DNA of 19,988 nucleotides, from positions 1 through 19,988 of the forward strand of contig JBIKWN010000045.1 in NCBI GenBank assembly GCA_044356295.1, read 5' to 3'. Made by a program: the position numbers and the translations under genes. This stretch comes from Bdellovibrionota bacterium (GTDB taxonomy: Bacteria > Bdellovibrionota_C > UBA2361 > JBIKWN01). The stretch's first letter is position 1, and every line of letters starts with the position of its first letter. The notes below the pieces were generated by a model that saw nothing but the letters and a program-made list of their open reading frames with translations, was not told where the DNA came from and ran no database searches. Shown in pieces: positions 8,980 to 17,399 of this stretch.

Positions 8980-9854
8980 GACGAATTTCCAATTCTACCT
9001 AACTGATCTAAATGAGACTTTAATCCCTTCTCCCAAGCAAGAGGTTCTCTTCCAAGAACTTTCTTAAAGAGATCTAAATTAAAAACTGAGTATTTGGGAC
9101 GAGGTGCAGGTCTGGGAAACGCTGCTAATGTTGTTTCTCTTATTACTGGTTGAGCATTTGCTGGATAGGAAAGCTCTGCAATTTTTTTTGCAAAATCATA
9201 CCAAGAGACTCCCGAAGCACTTGAACTTGCAACATGCATAATTCCAGAAAAATCTGTCCTCATAATATCGAGTAAACTTTCTGCCAAAAAACCTGCCCAA
9301 CACGGCGACATTATCTGATCGGCGACTACAGATACTTCTTTTTTCTGATCAAACAAGGAAAGCATCGTATGAACAAAGTTATTTCCATGAGCACCGTGAA
9401 GTGAAGACGTTCGAAGAATAGTAGCTTTATCATTTGTTGCTTGCATTATAAAGCGCTCACCTTCAAGTTTAGCCTTCCCGTAGATACTCTTTGGTTCAGT
9501 TGGGTCAGTTTCGGAAAGTGGCTGGCGACCGTCACCGGAAAAAACATAATCAGTCGAGATATGAAAAAACCGAGCCCCTGCTTCCTTGGCAGCCAAAGCA
9601 AGATTTGAAGCTCCGACGGCATTAATTGAAAAACAAAGGTCTTGTTCCTCTTCTGCTTTATCGACAGCAGTATAAGCTGCAAAGTTTACAACCTTATTTG
9701 GTTTTACTTTTTTGACAAATCGTTGCACTTGCTCTTTATCAGCAATATCTATTTCATCAAGAGTTGGAAATACAACTTCAAAATTTAAATCACGGGCTCG
9801 CGGCACGAACTCTTGTCCGAGTTGTCCACTTCCACCAAAGAGCAGAACCTTCAT
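8976..9854 (-). CDS. rmlD: dTDP-4-dehydrorhamnose reductase
   Basis: GGSGQLG, AAYTAVDKAEEE, HISTDYVFSG, YGKAKLEGE, VVADQ, PAPRPKYS; ATGA overlap with manC. Confidence 0.96.
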   Translation of the reverse strand: MKVLLFGGSGQLGQEFVPRARDLNFEVVFPTLDEIDIADKEQVQRFVKKVKPNKVVNFAAYTAVDKAEEEQDLCFSINAVGASNLALAAKEAGARFFHISTDYVFSGDGRQPLSETDPTEPKSIYGKAKLEGERFIMQATNDKATILRTSSLHGAHGNNFVHTMLSLFDQKKEVSVVADQIMSPCWAGFLAESLLDIMRTDFSGIMHVASSSASGVSWYDFAKKIAELSYPANAQPVIRETTLAAFPRPAPRPKYSVFNLDLFKKVLGREPLAWEKGLKSHLDQLGRIGNSS

Positions 9855-10870
9855 CGCTTCATTCCATAGTTCTGCTCGTAAAAGCGCATATATTCACCCG
9901 TTTTAATTCGCTTCCACCAAGCAGACTGCTCTTGATACCAAGCAACCGTTTTTTTCAAACCTTCCGTAAAAGGGATTCGAGGTTTCCAACCAAATGCATT
10001 GTTAATTTTATCTATAGATACAGCGTATCGACGATCATGTGCAGGACGATCGGCAACCCATTCGATCAATGATTCATCTTTTCCAAGTATTTGAAGAATC
10101 GCGTCAGTGACGTGTCGATTCGGAATTTCTGCTTCTTCGGTACCACCAATATTATACACTTCACCAGGCTGACCTTGTTCTCCGACAAGCAAAATCGCTT
10201 CGCAATGATCAGTCACGTAAAGCCAACTTCGAACATTCATTCCATCTCCGTACAGAGGGATTTTTTTATTCTCAATAAGATTGGTTACAAAAAGTGGGAT
10301 GAGTTTTTCTGGGAATTGGTAAGGACCATAGTTATTCGTACAGCGAGTCACACAAACATGCATACCATGGGTTTTTCCAAAAGCTAATGCAACAAGATCG
10401 CTTGCTGCTTTAGAAGCGGAATACGGACTTGATGGATCCAATGGTGTTGTCTCGTAAAATCTTCCGGTTGCTCCAAGAGATCCATACACTTCGTCAGTTG
10501 AAATATGGATAAATTTCTTTACACTAAATTTTTTTGCAGCATCGAGCAGTGTTTGTGTTCCTAGAACATTAGTCCGGACAAAATCTTTCGCTCCGTGAAT
10601 CGAGCGATCAACATGGCTTTCAGCAGCAAGATGAAAAACGATATCAAACGATTCTTTCTCAAAAAGATCTTCTATTCCTTTCTCATCACAGATATCAAGC
10701 TTCACAAACGTCGTCCTCTTTTCCTGAACAAGAGACGCAATATTTTCCAAGTTTCCGGCATACGTTAAAAGATCTAATGAAACAATCTGCCAAGAAGGTC
10801 GTTCAGTCACTAGATAATGAACAAGATTACTCCCAATAAAGCCTGCAGCTCCTGTTACCAGTACTTTCAT
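9851..10870 (-). CDS. rmlB: dTDP-glucose 4,6-dehydratase
   Basis: TGAAGFIGSN, DLLTYAGN, HLAAESHVDRSI, ISTDEVYGSL, PSSPYSASKA, NNYGPYQFPEKLIP, DRPAHDRRYA. Confidence 0.98.
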   Translation of the reverse strand: MKVLVTGAAGFIGSNLVHYLVTERPSWQIVSLDLLTYAGNLENIASLVQEKRTTFVKLDICDEKGIEDLFEKESFDIVFHLAAESHVDRSIHGAKDFVRTNVLGTQTLLDAAKKFSVKKFIHISTDEVYGSLGATGRFYETTPLDPSSPYSASKAASDLVALAFGKTHGMHVCVTRCTNNYGPYQFPEKLIPLFVTNLIENKKIPLYGDGMNVRSWLYVTDHCEAILLVGEQGQPGEVYNIGGTEEAEIPNRHVTDAILQILGKDESLIEWVADRPAHDRRYAVSIDKINNAFGWKPRIPFTEGLKKTVAWYQEQSAWWKRIKTGEYMRFYEQNYGMKR

Positions 10871-10891
10871 ATAATTCTTTAAGAAAAAAAT

Positions 10892-11623
10892 TTAAACGTT
10901 ATTAGCGCCAGTTTCTGCAACAAGATTTGATGCACGGTGCAGTGAAGGGAACGTTCCTGCATCTGTCCACCAACCTTCAAGAAACTCAAAAGACAACTCG
11001 TTATCTTTAATATAACGATTATTGACGTCGGTAATTTCTAGCTCGCCTCGAGCAGATCGCTCGAGCGTTTTAATATAATTAAAAACCTTTTCATCGTACA
11101 AATAGAAACCAGTTACGGCGAAATTAGTAACCGGATTATGAGGTTTTTCAACGATTGAGATAACTTTTCCATCTTTCAGTTCAGCAACACCAAAACGTCT
11201 TGCGTCATCGACTTCTTTAAGAAGAATCATTGCCCCTTTATTATTGTTGGCAGCGAATTTCTTGACGGCATGATTGATATTTTTTTCAATTAAATTATCA
11301 CCAAGGACAACACAGATAGGTTCACCATCTGCAAAATGCTCACACAGTGATAGTGCTTCAGCGATTCCGCCCTCTCCTTCTTGGTACGTGTAATTGACAT
11401 GTGCTAATCCAAACTCTTTTCCATTACCAAGCAGTTTTAGAAAGTCACCTGCAAATGGTCCTCCAGTTACAACCATGATGTCCCTAATACCCGCATTAAT
11501 CAGTGTTTGCAGTGGATAATAGATCATCGGCCTGTCATACACTGGCAGTAGGTGTTTATTAGTGACTGAAGTACATGGTCTCAGGCGGGTTCCTAACCCT
11601 CCTGCAAGAATAATTCCTTTCAT
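10892..11623 (-). CDS. rmlA: Glucose-1-phosphate thymidylyltransferase (short, SpsI-like form)
   Basis: [63 protein letters not shown]; 243 aa. Confidence 0.92.
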   Translation of the reverse strand: [243 protein letters not shown]

Positions 11624-11641
11624 AGCAATCTCTCTTTTAGG

Positions 11642-14266
11642 TTACTGGCTGTTGCCGTTTACATTGTAAAGATTTTGGCTCAAGGAACCAAGCCCAGTCA
11701 GTGTAAAGTTGAAGTAAAAGGTTTGGTTATCTGGATTTAAACGGTCAGAATACCCAACATCCATATGCCAACAGTTGCAGGAGCTGTAAAAACGAAGGGC
11801 TGTTCTGCTATTTAACAACTCGCCCTTAATACTATCGTACTGGGCGTAAACCCCCAGGCGGAGCCTATCGTTTACTACTGCTTCTGCACCACCATCTACT
11901 TGGTTAATTTTATCTGGAGCATCTGGTGTCCCTCTGTCTGGACCGACAAAAGTATATCGAGCAAACAGCGAATCGCCCCTATCCGAAGAGAACTGAGATG
12001 TAAGAGCCCACCCAGTAAATCGACTTTCATCAGTATTATATAAATTCTCTATGCGGAACGAAAAATTTTGAGTTGGGCTACTTGTAAGTCCTGTTGTGAT
12101 ATCAGTGAATGGCTGAATATTGGAATCGCCTTTCAGTGTTATCTCTTGATCGCGACGATATGCTTGTCGGTAATCATAACCTTGCTCAATAGAAAGCCTT
12201 AAAAGTTCTCGAACAGAACCATTCCTCAAGGTATTAATTCCACTAATATTTCCAAGTCCCTGTGTTTCGCCAATATCAGGAATTGCATTCATAGCATCAA
12301 ATGCAGGAAAGTCTCGAAGTTCAGGAGTAAGCTCAGGGAATCCTGTAGCAACATCTTTTCTTGGAGAATAACGACCAATTAAGCTTGATGATATTCCGTA
12401 TCTAACAAGACTTCGCTCAGTAATTCTGTCAATTGCATCAAATTGAGGCACATCACCTTGAGAAATATCAGGGATATAGAGATACCGTAATGTTGGTTCG
12501 ATAACATTTTTTACTCGAACTAATTTATTATCCTGATTATCTTTTCCAAGGCTTGCAAGGTTTGCCCAAAATCCATCTTTATCAACTTCATAGACTCTTT
12601 CAAAGGCAGTACCTATCCTTGAAGAAAAATACGGAACAGAGCTCGTTGTTGAACTATCGAAAAATGTTTCAGCACCAGAGGTCGGATCTCTTTCAACAAA
12701 ACCGCCTGTCGATGAGTTAAACACTGGGCGAAGGCGATCACTTAAAGAATAGGACCTAACATATGCACCACCTGCAACATTTCCAGAAACATAATTACTT
12801 AAATGAAACGGTACTGTTCCTTGAGGGTTAAAACTTGTACGTGCCCCACTATAACCAACCTCTCGATCAAAGTAAGTTTGAGTAAGGTCAGCCTTCGATA
12901 CGAGGCGAAGCCCGTAAGGATTCTCGATAGGACGAAAACTTTCTAGATACGATAACGACAGTTCTGGAAGACGGTTAAAGGTAAGTTTATCTCCACCTAA
13001 CGCAGTGACATTCCCAGCTGTATCCAATTGCTCTCTTGTCCCATAGATAAGATCATTGAACTCACCCGAGATTTCTCCGGTAAAGAAATTTCCAAAGCTA
13101 CTTCGCGCTGCAATCGAGGAGGTATTCACCAAAGATCTTGGATCAAGAATCTTATTATCATTAAACTCACGACCCATTGTTCCATCGTTTACATAATGAA
13201 TATCAGAGATAACACGAAGTGGAAGTAGTGCATCATCAGATGCTTTATATACGTTCCCGAAAAATAATCCGAAACGATTCTCACTGATACTTGGATCGAC
13301 GAGCCCATCAGTATTTAAACCGCGCAGCCCACCCTCACGTGGCGATTCATTAGAATATAACAAACGAGAGTCTAGAGAATTTTCATCTGAAAAAAGTTTT
13401 TTATAATCTAAGAAACTTCCGTATCGAGTTTTTGACTCTATAAAAGGAGTTATTTGTAGATCAGCAGAATTACTCAAAGGAAGAAAAATAGGTTGTCGAT
13501 ATTCGATACCGTTTTGTCTGCTGTATCCAATCGATGGTGATAGTAACCCCGATGCTCTCTCTGTTTTTGCTGGAAAAACAAAATATGGCGTATAAAGCAG
13601 CGGAACTCCATGAAACCATATAGTAGTATTTTTACTTCGAGCATAACCATCTTGTGTAATACGCGTGTCATCCGAATTGATTGTCCAAGGACAACTTCCA
13701 TCAACACATTCACAAGTTGTCATTTCAGAATCAAGAAGTCTGTACTGCTTTTCACTTAACTTAAAAAGTTCTTTAGATTTAACCGAATATCCACCCTGAT
13801 CATAGGTAAACGAACCATTAGTAAATTGCCCTGTTTCCTCTTCAATATTAATAGAGGCTTTATCTGCACGAATACGAGCCGACTGCCCATCAAATGCAAC
13901 ATCACCTTCAAGTTCAGCTTGTTTCGTTTCAGTATTTACTCTTCCGCGATCGGCTTGAATCTCAACACCACCACCAGAGATCATCATTCCACCAGAGGCA
14001 TTGACTGTTTTTTGATCTTTTTCAAAGGCTAGATTTGGCGCTTTAACATCAATTACTTTGCTTGATGATTTATCAGCTTTGAGAGCTACTGCTTCTGCCG
14101 TTTCTGCTGCTCGTTTGAATCTAGCGCGGTCTTCATTAAAGATAAATTGTTGCCCACGTGATGGATCCTCTTCTTGCTGAGCAAAAACAAGGGGAGCTAA
14201 AGAAAATGACAAACAAAAAAGTGCGCGGTAGAAACGAGAAGAAGAAAAAGTTTTTAAATGTTTCAT
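11642..14266 (-). CDS. lptD: LPS-assembly outer membrane protein LptD
   Basis: Signal peptide; OstA-like jellyroll; TTC...PW motif; VPLLYTPY...ERASGLLSPSIGYS; NVIEPTLRYLYIP...FDAID; C-terminal CNCW and aromatic terminal strands; 874 aa. Confidence 0.92.
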   Translation of the reverse strand: MKHLKTFSSSRFYRALFCLSFSLAPLVFAQQEEDPSRGQQFIFNEDRARFKRAAETAEAVALKADKSSSKVIDVKAPNLAFEKDQKTVNASGGMMISGGGVEIQADRGRVNTETKQAELEGDVAFDGQSARIRADKASINIEEETGQFTNGSFTYDQGGYSVKSKELFKLSEKQYRLLDSEMTTCECVDGSCPWTINSDDTRITQDGYARSKNTTIWFHGVPLLYTPYFVFPAKTERASGLLSPSIGYSRQNGIEYRQPIFLPLSNSADLQITPFIESKTRYGSFLDYKKLFSDENSLDSRLLYSNESPREGGLRGLNTDGLVDPSISENRFGLFFGNVYKASDDALLPLRVISDIHYVNDGTMGREFNDNKILDPRSLVNTSSIAARSSFGNFFTGEISGEFNDLIYGTREQLDTAGNVTALGGDKLTFNRLPELSLSYLESFRPIENPYGLRLVSKADLTQTYFDREVGYSGARTSFNPQGTVPFHLSNYVSGNVAGGAYVRSYSLSDRLRPVFNSSTGGFVERDPTSGAETFFDSSTTSSVPYFSSRIGTAFERVYEVDKDGFWANLASLGKDNQDNKLVRVKNVIEPTLRYLYIPDISQGDVPQFDAIDRITERSLVRYGISSSLIGRYSPRKDVATGFPELTPELRDFPAFDAMNAIPDIGETQGLGNISGINTLRNGSVRELLRLSIEQGYDYRQAYRRDQEITLKGDSNIQPFTDITTGLTSSPTQNFSFRIENLYNTDESRFTGWALTSQFSSDRGDSLFARYTFVGPDRGTPDAPDKINQVDGGAEAVVNDRLRLGVYAQYDSIKGELLNSRTALRFYSSCNCWHMDVGYSDRLNPDNQTFYFNFTLTGLGSLSQNLYNVNGNSQ

Positions 14267-15120
14267 TACTCTCCAAAGCCAAAATTCTTTAAGATCGTAG
14301 CAACTTCTTCGCGCATCGTTGCTCGTGGAACGATACGATCAATCATTCCATGCTCCAAGAGGAATTCTGAGCGCTGAAAACCTTCTGGAAGCTTCTGTCG
14401 AATCGTTTGCTCAATAACTCGGGGACCAGCAAAACCGATAAGGGCTTTTGGCTCAGCAATAATAACATCACCCTGCATTGCAAACGAAGCAGCGACACCA
14501 CCAGTTGTTGGATCAGTTAAAACAGATATGTAAGGAATGCGAGCAGAAGATAGGCGAGTTAAAGCTGCACTTACTTTTGCCATTTGCATTAATGAAAAAA
14601 TCCCTTCTTGCATCCTTGCTCCACCAGAAGATGAAACAATTATGACTGGTTTTTTCTCTTCAATTCCGATTTCAATCATGCGTGTCAGTTTCTCACCAAC
14701 GACAGATCCCATGCTTCCACCGAGGAAACTGAAATCAAATACACCTAGCATAATCGGCACGTTTAATACTCGGGCGCTGCCAGTAATTACTGCTTCAGTT
14801 GAACCGCTGTTCTTTTCAGCTTTTTTAATTCTATCTTTATACTTCTGTGTATCTTTGAATTGAAGTGGATCCGATGGCCGAAGATTCGCGTTGATTTCTA
14901 TGAACGAATGCCTATCAGAAATGACTGGTATTCTTTGTCGAGCATTAAGACGAAAGTGGTAGTTACACTTTGTGCAAACACCCATCGTTCGTTTCAATTC
15001 TTTAGTATAAATAATAGCAGAACATTCTGGACATTTTGTCCAAATGTCATCAGGAAGTGTTGTCTTTGCGACATCCTCAACTGCGGGGCGAGGCGCCTTA
15101 CTTCTGGAAAACCATCCCAT
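14266..15120 (-). CDS. accD: Acetyl-CoA carboxylase carboxyltransferase beta subunit
   Basis: C4 zinc finger (WTKCPEC...CTKC), FLGGSMGSVVGEK, SGGARMQEG, PTTGGVAASFA, GFAGPRVIEQT, FQRSEFLLEHG. Start is ATG 15120 (MGWF) or 15129; its stop overlaps the lptD start by 1 nt. Confidence 0.98.
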   Translation of the reverse strand: MGWFSRSKAPRPAVEDVAKTTLPDDIWTKCPECSAIIYTKELKRTMGVCTKCNYHFRLNARQRIPVISDRHSFIEINANLRPSDPLQFKDTQKYKDRIKKAEKNSGSTEAVITGSARVLNVPIMLGVFDFSFLGGSMGSVVGEKLTRMIEIGIEEKKPVIIVSSSGGARMQEGIFSLMQMAKVSAALTRLSSARIPYISVLTDPTTGGVAASFAMQGDVIIAEPKALIGFAGPRVIEQTIRQKLPEGFQRSEFLLEHGMIDRIVPRATMREEVATILKNFGFGE

Positions 15121-15232
15121 AAATTGCATAATGAAGACTCCGTTACTTTAGGTCTGTTAAAGTTAGCATTTTCGAGAGAGACTATAGACCAAAAAATGGG
15201 GTGTGAAAATCGCCCGAAAATCGAGGTCAACA

Positions 15233-15997
15233 ATGGCACATTTATCGAGAATTATCGAGTTCCTAGACACCCTGCTTGAACCTAGCAAATATAACGATGG
15301 GAGCTACAATGGACTCCAAGTTGATGCTGGGGTTTCAGAAGTAATGCAGGTAGCAGGAGCAGTCGATTCTGGAGCTTCAATTATTGAAAAAGCAATTGCT
15401 AGTGATGCTGACCTGCTTTTAGTGCATCACGGACTTTTTTGGGGCAATTCACCTCACGTAGCTAACGGAATGCACGGGATGAAAATACGAAGACTTATTC
15501 AACATCCATGCAGCCTCTACGCCTCGCACCTCCCACTCGATGGAAATTTGGAGGTTGGAAATGCGACAGAGATCCTAAGAAAACTTGGTGTAACCAATGT
15601 GCATCCTTTTGCTTTCGAAGGAGGCATGACACTCGGTGCACGTGGTGAACTACAAACCGATGTTAGTATCGCAGAGATAACCCATATTCTTTCTCGCGCA
15701 GAAGGATATGGTCCTGAAGTTATACTTCCTTTTGGTGCTCAAAAAATAAAATCAATTGGAGTGTGTACAGGAGCCGGAGGTTTTGCCATTCATGAAGCTC
15801 GTCGGTTAAACTTAGACCTGTTCATTTCAGGGGAACCAAAACATCACCAGTATCACGAAGCTAAAGAACTTGGACAATCTGCCCTCTTCTTCGGTCACTA
15901 TGCTAGTGAAACATATGGAATCAAAGCTCTTTTGAAATTACTAGAGACAACATTTGGTGTAAAAACTATTTGGATCTCTGAACCAACAGGAATTTAA
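15233..15997 (+). CDS. Nif3-like dinuclear metal-centre protein (YbgI/DUF34 family)
   Basis: D-x-x-x-NGLQV, LLVHHGLFW, YASHLPLD, GN, FISGE, GHYASE; ATG 15233 is preferred over the upstream GTG at 15203. Confidence 0.93.
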   Translation: MAHLSRIIEFLDTLLEPSKYNDGSYNGLQVDAGVSEVMQVAGAVDSGASIIEKAIASDADLLLVHHGLFWGNSPHVANGMHGMKIRRLIQHPCSLYASHLPLDGNLEVGNATEILRKLGVTNVHPFAFEGGMTLGARGELQTDVSIAEITHILSRAEGYGPEVILPFGAQKIKSIGVCTGAGGFAIHEARRLNLDLFISGEPKHHQYHEAKELGQSALFFGHYASETYGIKALLKLLETTFGVKTIWISEPTGI

Positions 15998-16025
15998 TTT
16001 TTTCGCAGTATCGGAATAAGTTTAT

Positions 16026-17204
16026 ATGACGAATCTTTCAGACCTAAATCTAAGTGGCAAAAAAATATTGCTTCGTGGTGATTTAAACGTTCCTTTGAAT
16101 GACGAAGGAGAGATCACAGATGATAACCGAATTCAGCAGATGCTTCCGACTTTGAAACTGATTCTTGAAAAAGGTGGAAAACCTATTGTTATGTCACACG
16201 TCGGAAGACCCTCAGGCTTTGGCGACCCAAAAAATTCTATGCGACCAGTAGCTGCCCAGATTGAAAAACTTACTGGAATAAAAACTATTCTTGCACCAGA
16301 TTGTATTGGAGCTGAAGTTGAAAAACTTGCTTCCGATTTGAAAAGTAATGAAATACTTGTTCTTGAAAATCTTCGGTACAACAAAGGCGAAAAAGATAAC
16401 GACCCTAAATTTGCTGCTGCACTTGCGAAACTTGGAGATGTCTATATTAACGACGCGTTTGCGACAGCACACCGCGCCGATGCTTCAATGCATGCGCTCC
16501 CCCTTGCGATGAAAGAGAAAGCAATTGGACTCTTAATGCAAAAAGAACTTGATAACTATAACAAAGCTATGAAAAATCCAAAACGTCCGCTTGCTGTAGT
16601 TCTTGGCGGGGCAAAGGTTTCTTCTAAGTTTGAAGCGTTAGTTAATATCTCGGATAAAGCTGATAAAATTATTATTGGCGGTGCAATGGCTAATACTTTT
16701 CTAGCTGCGCAAGGACTTCAAATGGGACGATCTCTTGTTGAAGCTTCATATTATCCAAAGGTAATAGAACTGCTTGTATCGATTGCAAGACGTGGCATTA
16801 AACTCTACTTGCCTGTTGATTTTATCGTTGCTCCATCCTTAACTTCTGAAGGGCTAGGAAGAACAGTAACAGCTCAAGAAGTTCCTGCTGACACCATGGC
16901 ATTAGATATCGGACCTGCAACAAGTTTGCTGTATAAAACTGCTCTGTATGATTGCGAGACGATCGTTTGGAACGGTCCGATGGGTGCATTCGAACAGGAA
17001 GATTTTGCAAAAGGTACAACTGATATGGTTGAAACTCTTGCATCAAGCCATGCCTATACTGTAGTTGGCGGCGGCGATACCGATGCAGCAGTACATCAGA
17101 TGCAGATGCAACATAAGTTTGATTATATTTCGACTGGTGGTGGGGCGTTTTTGGAGCTGCTTGAAGGGAAGACTCTGATTTCGTTGCAAGCTATGGGGCT
17201 TTGA
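16026..17204 (+). CDS. pgk: Phosphoglycerate kinase
   Basis: RGDLNVP, SHVGRP, LENLRY, NDAFATAHR, GGAKVSSK, GGAMANTF, WNGPMGAFE, GGGDT, ISTGGGAFLE. Confidence 0.99.
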   Translation: MTNLSDLNLSGKKILLRGDLNVPLNDEGEITDDNRIQQMLPTLKLILEKGGKPIVMSHVGRPSGFGDPKNSMRPVAAQIEKLTGIKTILAPDCIGAEVEKLASDLKSNEILVLENLRYNKGEKDNDPKFAAALAKLGDVYINDAFATAHRADASMHALPLAMKEKAIGLLMQKELDNYNKAMKNPKRPLAVVLGGAKVSSKFEALVNISDKADKIIIGGAMANTFLAAQGLQMGRSLVEASYYPKVIELLVSIARRGIKLYLPVDFIVAPSLTSEGLGRTVTAQEVPADTMALDIGPATSLLYKTALYDCETIVWNGPMGAFEQEDFAKGTTDMVETLASSHAYTVVGGGDTDAAVHQMQMQHKFDYISTGGGAFLELLEGKTLISLQAMGL

Positions 17205-17215
17205 CCTCCCCCTCC

Positions 17216-17345
17216 CAATGTCATTAAGTTAAGGATTTTCACCCGTGACCTTGACCTTAGGCGTGAGCGTGACCTGTTCTCTTTCGTTCACGCCTACGCT
17301 CACGCTCACGGTCACGGGGATCATGTGCTTAACTTAATGACATTG
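17216..17345. mobile_element. 130-bp MITE-like element with perfect 18-bp terminal inverted repeats and an internal hexamer-repeat palindrome
   Basis: CAATGTCATTAAGTTAAG (17216-17233) / CTTAACTTAATGACATTG (17328-17345). Inner arms CCC-GTGACC-TTGACC-TTAGGC-GTGAGC-GTGACC and GTTCAC-GCCTAC-GCTCAC-GCTCAC-GGTCAC-GGG. No coding capacity; no clean long target-site duplication. Confidence 0.75.
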
Positions 17346-17399
17346 CCCCCAATAGCTTAAGAATCTATTCCAAATTACCATATCACATCAGTAAAAACT

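Noticed and set aside
17216..17345. CRISPR mini-array
   Set aside because: The repeats are inverted rather than direct, there are no spacer-sized unique units, and no cas genes are present.
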